Positions 49,046 through 53,988 of a stretch of DNA of 53,988 bases are shown here, piece by piece. Position numbers and translations under genes: made by a program. Each line of letters opens with the position of its first letter. Positions within the stretch are counted from its first letter, which is position 1. The notes beneath the pieces are model-generated. The model was not told the origin of the DNA, did not search any database, and saw only the letters and a list, made by a program, of their open reading frames with translations. Origin of the DNA: Bacteroidia bacterium. Its GTDB lineage: Bacteria; Bacteroidota; Bacteroidia; UBA4408. Location of the stretch: positions 1 through 53,988 of the forward strand of contig JALRAS010000006.1 in the NCBI GenBank assembly GCA_023262495.1. The letters run 5' to 3'.

Positions 49046-50518
49046 TTATAGTTTTTCAAGAGGAATGCACGTTTGTTGGTCGCGTACATAGCATTTGAGT
49101 TTGTCCTTAAAAACAGATGATTTATAAATTGATTTGCCAAGCAACATGCGCACACATTCTTGAATTCCTTCAATGATAGAGGGATGAGGATGCATCATTA
49201 CAGCAAGCTCTTCAATTCCTTGATTGGTGTGTATCAAATAGGCCACAGCTTGTATGGCGCTGCTGGCATGTTCGCCAACGGCACGCATTCCCAATAGGCG
49301 CATATCCTCATCATTACTTACAAGGATTTTAAAAAAACCATTGGTTTTGCGCATGGCTATTGCTCTTGAAATACATGAGTAATCTATCTTCGCCACTTTC
49401 ACACTAATACATTTTTCCATTGCTTCTTGCTCGCCCATACCTACAGAGGCAACCTCGGGATTGAGAAACATAATGGTTGATATATTGGTATATACCAAAG
49501 GTTTTACATGCTTGCCATATATTCTTGCTACCGCATGTCTTCCTTCTCTTTCTCCAACATTAACAAGTGCAATGTTAGCACTTAAATCACCGGCAACATA
49601 TATGTTCGGGGTAGTGGTTTGTGTGTCAATTTCTTTAACATAGCCCCTTTCATTGAGCTCCACACCTGCAGCTTCTAAATTAAGATCTTCCACATTGGGC
49701 ACACGACCTATAGAAATAAGGGCATGTTCAACCTCAAAAGATTCAAGTCTGCCGTCATTGTATTTTAACTCGTAATGAACGCGGCCATCAATGATTTTAA
49801 TGTTATTTAAACTAGAGTTTTTATGAATCACTACCCCATTTTTTTCTAAGTTTTCCATTACCATGAGCGCCACATCTTCATCTTCAAATGGTAAAATCCT
49901 GTCGCCTTTATCTATTAAAAAAACTTTGGTTTTCCCTAGGTTTGAAAAGATGGTTGCAAATTCGCAACCAATCACACCTGCGCCAACTACAACAAGACTT
50001 TCAGGAAGTTTCTTAAAGTTGCCAATGCCATCACTAGTAACAATGATTTGCTCGTCTACAGGTATATTATCAACCTTGCGAGGTCTGCTTCCAGTGGCAA
50101 TCACAATATGATCGGCATAGATTACTTTTTCTTCTTTTTTCTTTTGAATGCGTATGTGATTTTTATCAATGAAGGAAGCGATGCCTTTTTCGTAGTTGAA
50201 TAACTTACTTTCAGTTTCCTCATACAATAGCTTCATATGCACTGTCATCTGTGACTTACGATCAAATAAGGCCTCATCTACCATTTTCATCATGCCTTCA
50301 AAACTTGCTCGGTTCTCTCCCGTTTCTTGTCTTATTTGCATAATCTTTTGAGAGTATTCCCACATAGTTTTACTCCATAAGGCACCATTGTATAATCCCG
50401 CACCTCCAATTTTATCTTTTTCAATTAGTAAAACTTTTTTGCCAAAATCAATGGCTCGCATGGCAGCTGCATAGCCCGAAGGACCGCCACCAATAACACA
50501 TAAATCAAATTTTTCCAT
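49046..50518 (-). CDS. Class I pyridine nucleotide-disulfide oxidoreductase family flavoprotein (Lpd/SthA-like) lacking the redox-active CxxxxC
   Basis: 490 aa. FAD motif VIGGGPSGYAAA, NAD motif VVVGAGVIGCEFA, and a C-terminal HPHPS..E dimerisation/His-Glu region. Where Lpd has GGTCLNVGCIPSK, this protein has GGAGLYNGALWSK, with no Cys. Confidence 0.85.
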   Translation of the reverse strand: MEKFDLCVIGGGPSGYAAAMRAIDFGKKVLLIEKDKIGGAGLYNGALWSKTMWEYSQKIMQIRQETGENRASFEGMMKMVDEALFDRKSQMTVHMKLLYEETESKLFNYEKGIASFIDKNHIRIQKKKEEKVIYADHIVIATGSRPRKVDNIPVDEQIIVTSDGIGNFKKLPESLVVVGAGVIGCEFATIFSNLGKTKVFLIDKGDRILPFEDEDVALMVMENLEKNGVVIHKNSSLNNIKIIDGRVHYELKYNDGRLESFEVEHALISIGRVPNVEDLNLEAAGVELNERGYVKEIDTQTTTPNIYVAGDLSANIALVNVGEREGRHAVARIYGKHVKPLVYTNISTIMFLNPEVASVGMGEQEAMEKCISVKVAKIDYSCISRAIAMRKTNGFFKILVSNDEDMRLLGMRAVGEHASSAIQAVAYLIHTNQGIEELAVMMHPHPSIIEGIQECVRMLLGKSIYKSSVFKDKLKCYVRDQQTCIPLEKL

Positions 50519-50603
50519 TGTTCAAAATTGCCGCATAAAGGTAAGAAAATTATCAACAACAAGTTGATCCTAAAAGGTTGCTATTTCCTGCTTTGATGTA
50601 TGT

Positions 50604-51335
50604 CTATTTTATCGAAAGTTCCTCTAAATCCACCTTGCAAACATTTAAATCCACCTCATTTAAAATTCCGTTAACAACACCTTTGCAGCTATGTTGCCAT
50701 ATCGTCCAATCATCCCATCCTTTCGGTATGGCAGGTTCTTCGCGCAATCTATAGTCTGCAATCCATAAATGATAATCGTTTTTCATATCAGCAAAATAGG
50801 GACCAAATTGCTTGTTCCAAAAGCTTGCATTGGTATATATGATGGGTTTTACATGAAGTTCATCCTCTATGTACTTAATCATTTCTTTCAATCTTTTGGC
50901 AACCAATGCCGCCTTCACCTGTTTGTAAGCCCTTCCGTTCTCTACATCTATAACAGGGAAAAGATGACCTTTTTCAAAATTAACCACACTTAAAAATAAT
51001 TTGGCTTGATCAACACCTGAGTTTTGGGGTCTGAAAAAATGATAAGCACCTTTCTTAACTCGCGGGTTTATCTTGGACCAAAAGGTTGAAAATTTTGGAT
51101 CGGTAATGGTAACACCTTCACTTGCCTTGCAGATAATAAAATTAATATTAGTATCTAGCTTGTCCCACATAATTGTTTGATACCTGCTGATGTCAATGCC
51201 AAAACTATAGGTGGCCTCATGTGCAGTACCTCGCTGTTGCAATATAGCAACAGAGGCATGATTACGGGCCTCAAGCACACCAATTAGTGTGAGTAACATC
51301 AGTAACACAATAGATCTCAACATGTAATTATGCAT
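50604..51335 (-). CDS. Secreted glycoside hydrolase family 25 muramidase (lysozyme)
   Basis: 243 aa with a signal peptide. GH25 motifs GIDISRYQ, FIICKASEG and GAYHFF. DxE-type catalytic context (VIDVE). Confidence 0.85.
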   Translation of the reverse strand: MHNYMLRSIVLLMLLTLIGVLEARNHASVAILQQRGTAHEATYSFGIDISRYQTIMWDKLDTNINFIICKASEGVTITDPKFSTFWSKINPRVKKGAYHFFRPQNSGVDQAKLFLSVVNFEKGHLFPVIDVENGRAYKQVKAALVAKRLKEMIKYIEDELHVKPIIYTNASFWNKQFGPYFADMKNDYHLWIADYRLREEPAIPKGWDDWTIWQHSCKGVVNGILNEVDLNVCKVDLEELSIK

Positions 51336-51847
51336 CCATTAAATTTGGATGTGCAAAATAGTCAGATATCACAGCTTTGTAATGCTTTACACAAAGCTTG
51401 TTTGAACATGTTTTTGTTTATAACAAGCCGTAAAAATGATTGTCATGTTTTGAACTTTTAACAATCGGCAACTTGCTAATACCGAAATAAACAATTTGAT
51501 CCGAGCATACAAACATGCATCGATTGCGTTTGAAACAATTTTAATATACCAAATTTACCTTCGATTGCGAATTCTATTATTTTTCAATCGGAAAAATATA
51601 TTTGAATGTGCAATTACCATTACTTTTTGACAGTAGTAGAAACATTTTCGTTGCATTATAACGGTTGCATAAAAAATTTACTTTGATTAATAGGCAATTT
51701 TTTAGATTATCATACTCGGTCTGTCCGTGTGTATCATACAAATTGATTAGTATATTTGGAACGCTTATAAAGTTGCCCCCTTCATAAAAATTATTAGTGT
51801 AAGCAGCAATAGGCTAACTTTGAATTTTAGAATTTAAAAAAGTATTG

Positions 51848-52345
51848 ATGAAATACATCAGTGAACTCCAAGGCGCAGTTAAAAACAAGGAATCAAATGC
51901 TGCTTTAATCGGTAAATTGAAACGAAAAAAAACAAACGATGCAGATAAAATTTTTCATGAGCTACACGAACAGGTTTTTGAGGAAATAGATTGTTTGCAA
52001 TGCGCTAATTGCTGTAAAACCACCAGTCCTATTTTTTATATGAAGGATATAGAGAGAGCATCTAAGGCATTAAGAATAAAACCCACTCAATTCATTGAAA
52101 ACTATTTGATGATTGATGATGACAAGGATTATGTATTAAAAAGTGCACCTTGTCCATTTTTAGATCATGAAAATTATTGTACTATTTACAAAGATCGACC
52201 AACAGCATGCAGAGAATATCCCCATACAAATAGAAAACGCATGCATCAAATTCTTGAAATTACCTTAAAGAACACATTGGTATGCCCTGCGGTAGCTCGT
52301 ATTTTTGAACTTATAAATAAAGAACATGCATCGTTGTTTAGATAA
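51848..52345 (+). CDS. YkgJ-family (UPF0153) cysteine-cluster protein
   Basis: The ORF is open from TTG 51845, with ATG at 51848. The pattern CLQCANCCKT ... CPFLDHENYCTIYKDRPTACREYP is the CxxCxxCC / CPFL...C.IY..RP..CR.YP signature. Confidence 0.85.
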   Translation: MKYISELQGAVKNKESNAALIGKLKRKKTNDADKIFHELHEQVFEEIDCLQCANCCKTTSPIFYMKDIERASKALRIKPTQFIENYLMIDDDKDYVLKSAPCPFLDHENYCTIYKDRPTACREYPHTNRKRMHQILEITLKNTLVCPAVARIFELINKEHASLFR

Positions 52346-52817
52346 TTTAATTTGTTACACTTTGTTGGTTGCTGCCAGCTTTGCTAGTGCTTGTAAAACA
52401 AGCCAATCACCGACTAATGATTCCGTAGATAAATCTACAGAGGTGCAGCAACAGGCAACCGTATATCCTACTGAGCCTGGTACCTGTATCATTCAAGGGT
52501 ATGCAATTAAGATTTATCCTCCCGATGCTGCAGCTGACGAACCCTGCCGATCTTTTTCATGTAAAGCTAAAGTGGTCATCACTCAATGTAGGTCGTGCGG
52601 CTACGGAGTAGCTAAAAAGCCATTAGAGGGCGATACACTTGACATTAAATTTGTACATACTTTAGCTGCCTCCGAAGATTTCAAAAAAATATATCCTGCA
52701 AAAGTAATACTGCCGGGTCTCAAAAAAGATGAACTCTTTGAAGCACAATTGAAAATTAAAATGGCTCCCGGAGATAAATTATTATACGATATTACAACTT
52801 ATGAATTAATGCGTTGA
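52326..52817 (+). CDS. Hypothetical Cys-rich lipoprotein (163 aa)
   Basis: Lipobox LVAASFASAC. Overlaps the ykgJ-like gene by 20 nt. No recognisable family. Confidence 0.55.
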   Translation: MHRCLDNLICYTLLVAASFASACKTSQSPTNDSVDKSTEVQQQATVYPTEPGTCIIQGYAIKIYPPDAAADEPCRSFSCKAKVVITQCRSCGYGVAKKPLEGDTLDIKFVHTLAASEDFKKIYPAKVILPGLKKDELFEAQLKIKMAPGDKLLYDITTYELMR

Positions 52818-52856
52818 AAGAATTTATAACTTTACTTTTTAAATTTCATTAAAATT

Positions 52857-53988
52857 ATGAAAATTACACTTACAACTTGTATAACAGCACTCTTGTTGGC
52901 CAATGTTTTTGCTCAAAATACACCTCAGTTTGGTAACCCTGATAATCCTGAGGGGCGCGGTGCTTGGGAGTTGAAAAGACAGGCAGATCCGGAAACCGGA
53001 AAAATACCCGATAGGATAAGGGAAAAGGAACTCATGTTCTCTAACACCCTACCTGCCGATGATCAATTCAGCAATAGGTCAGAAAACATCAATTGGCATC
53101 AACGTGGTCCTTGGAACGTAGGCGGTATTACAAGAGCTTTGGCTATGGATGTTAATGATGAAAATATTCTTCTTGCAGGAACCAATTCAGGTGGTGTTTG
53201 GCGATCAACCAATGGTGGACAATCGTGGACTCAGATTACGCCCAAGGATGATTATCATGGCATTACATGCATTGCCCAAGACAAAAGACCCGGGCATACC
53301 AATGTATGGTATTTTGGCTCAGGTGACCCATATTGCAGTGCAAGTGGCGGTGGCGCATTTTACTCAGGAAACGGTCTTTACAAATCAACCGATAGCGGCC
53401 TTACATGGACAAAGTTAACAGCAACAGCACCAAACACTCCACAAACATTTGATAGCAATTGGGATATTATCTACAAAGTAATAACATATCCTAATGATAC
53501 AGTAAATGATGTAGTTTTTACAGCCACCTACGGAAATATATATAAAAGTATCAATGGTGGAACAACATGGTCGGTGGTTAAAGGAAACGGATCGGCTTTT
53601 TGGACAGACGTTAACGCGACCCCTGCAGGAGTTATTTATGCTACAATTGGCAGCGATGGCGGGGGTAAAGGTATTTGGCGGAGTCCAGATGGGATTAATT
53701 TCACAAATATTACGCCTCCTAATTTTCCTGCAACATACGATAGAATTGTTTCAGGCTATGCGCCATCAAACCCAAATGTTGTTTATTTTCTTGGAAACAC
53801 ACCTGGCTTTGGAACACCCGATACTAATTTTGTTGGTGATGTAGAATGGAATAGTTTATGGAAATACACCTACATATCCGGCAATGGCGACAGTGCGGGA
53901 GGTATTTGGGAAGATTTAAGCAATACCGCGCCGGCCCAGGTGCCGCTCGGCCAGGCTCTCCAGGCTGTGGGGCTTGTGCGCCTCCAGC
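52857..53988 (+). CDS. Secreted BNR/Asp-box repeat protein (sortilin/Vps10-like glycosidase fold), partial; runs off the window end
   Basis: Hand-translated, and absent from the ORF track because no stop lies in the window: MKITLTTCITALLLANVFAQNTPQ... Repeated Asp-box motifs are present (RSTNGGQSWTQI, KSTDSGLTWTKL, KSINGGTTWSVV, RSPDGINFTNI). The last 64 nt have foreign composition (see finding). Confidence 0.8.
   Translation, partial: MKITLTTCITALLLANVFAQNTPQFGNPDNPEGRGAWELKRQADPETGKIPDRIREKELMFSNTLPADDQFSNRSENINWHQRGPWNVGGITRALAMDVNDENILLAGTNSGGVWRSTNGGQSWTQITPKDDYHGITCIAQDKRPGHTNVWYFGSGDPYCSASGGGAFYSGNGLYKSTDSGLTWTKLTATAPNTPQTFDSNWDIIYKVITYPNDTVNDVVFTATYGNIYKSINGGTTWSVVKGNGSAFWTDVNATPAGVIYATIGSDGGGKGIWRSPDGINFTNITPPNFPATYDRIVSGYAPSNPNVVYFLGNTPGFGTPDTNFVGDVEWNSLWKYTYISGNGDSAGGIWEDLSNTAPAQVPLGQALQAVGLVRLQ
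53925..53988. other. Abrupt high-GC terminal segment, probably a chimeric or foreign junction (minus strand resembles a polA fragment)
   Basis: By hand count 49 of the last 64 nt are G or C, whereas the remaining 53.9 kb is clearly AT-rich. The minus-strand translation LEAHKPHSLESLAERHLGRR resembles the SLAER(W/H)L(K/G) segment of proteobacterial DNA polymerase I. Confidence 0.6.

Noticed and set aside
53149-53844. Two + strand ORFs (89 and 96 aa) from the track near the window end
   Set aside because: They are off-frame reads inside the BNR/Asp-box gene (frame starting at 52857). That frame has a signal peptide and repeated SxDxGxTW-like motifs.
1-53988. Search by eye for tRNA/rRNA genes, CRISPR arrays, transposases or integrases, toxin-antitoxin pairs and known defence-system genes
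   Set aside because: None was found. There are no tRNA-like T-arm/acceptor patterns and no regularly spaced short repeats. No ORF carries recombinase, nuclease-helicase or RT signatures. The only repeats are those reported above.

Overview
This is an AT-rich chromosomal segment of Bacteroidota type. Supporting signs are TAnnTTTG-like -7 promoter boxes, a T9SS-type C-terminal sorting signal, no tuf between fusA and rpsJ, and Cys-less L36/S14. Most of it is core housekeeping DNA on the + strand. In order: (1) the 5' end of a minus-strand TPR protein, then pgk, a cyclophilin PPIase, pheS and a minus-strand S41 C-terminal processing peptidase. (2) A complete SUF Fe-S operon: sufA-like, sufB, sufC, sufD, sufS, sufE, a DUF59 protein and a DUF2480-like protein. 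(3) A secreted Lys/Glu/Ala-rich coiled-coil protein. (4) An uninterrupted str-S10-spc-alpha ribosomal cluster from rpsL to rplQ (16051-34223). I added rpmD and rpmJ by hand because they fall below the ORF-track size cutoff. rpsM is broken by a 1-nt frameshift in an A-run. (5) nuoG-H-I-J-K-L-M-N, with no nuoA-F in the window. (6) A more accessory-looking 3' part. It holds a secreted PHP-domain/PKD/T9SS protein and a minus-strand three-gene cassette of unknowns (small protein, repeat-containing beta-barrel-like protein, lipoprotein). It also holds rsmI, an Lpd-like flavoprotein lacking the redox CxxxxC, a GH25 muramidase, a YkgJ-type Cys-cluster protein, a lipoprotein and a partial BNR/Asp-box protein. 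I found no tRNA, rRNA, CRISPR array, transposase or integrase, and no recognisable defence or toxin system. The most interesting unexplained signal is a conserved 125-150 nt non-coding element with RNA-like structure. It occurs twice in the same orientation (14061-14186 and 34344-34494), each about 260 nt upstream of a + strand gene. Three further points: the rpsM frameshift; degenerate 60-nt direct repeats exactly 230 nt apart upstream of the unknown cassette; and a switch to about 77% GC over the last 64 nt, which looks like a chimeric junction with foreign high-GC (polA-like) DNA.
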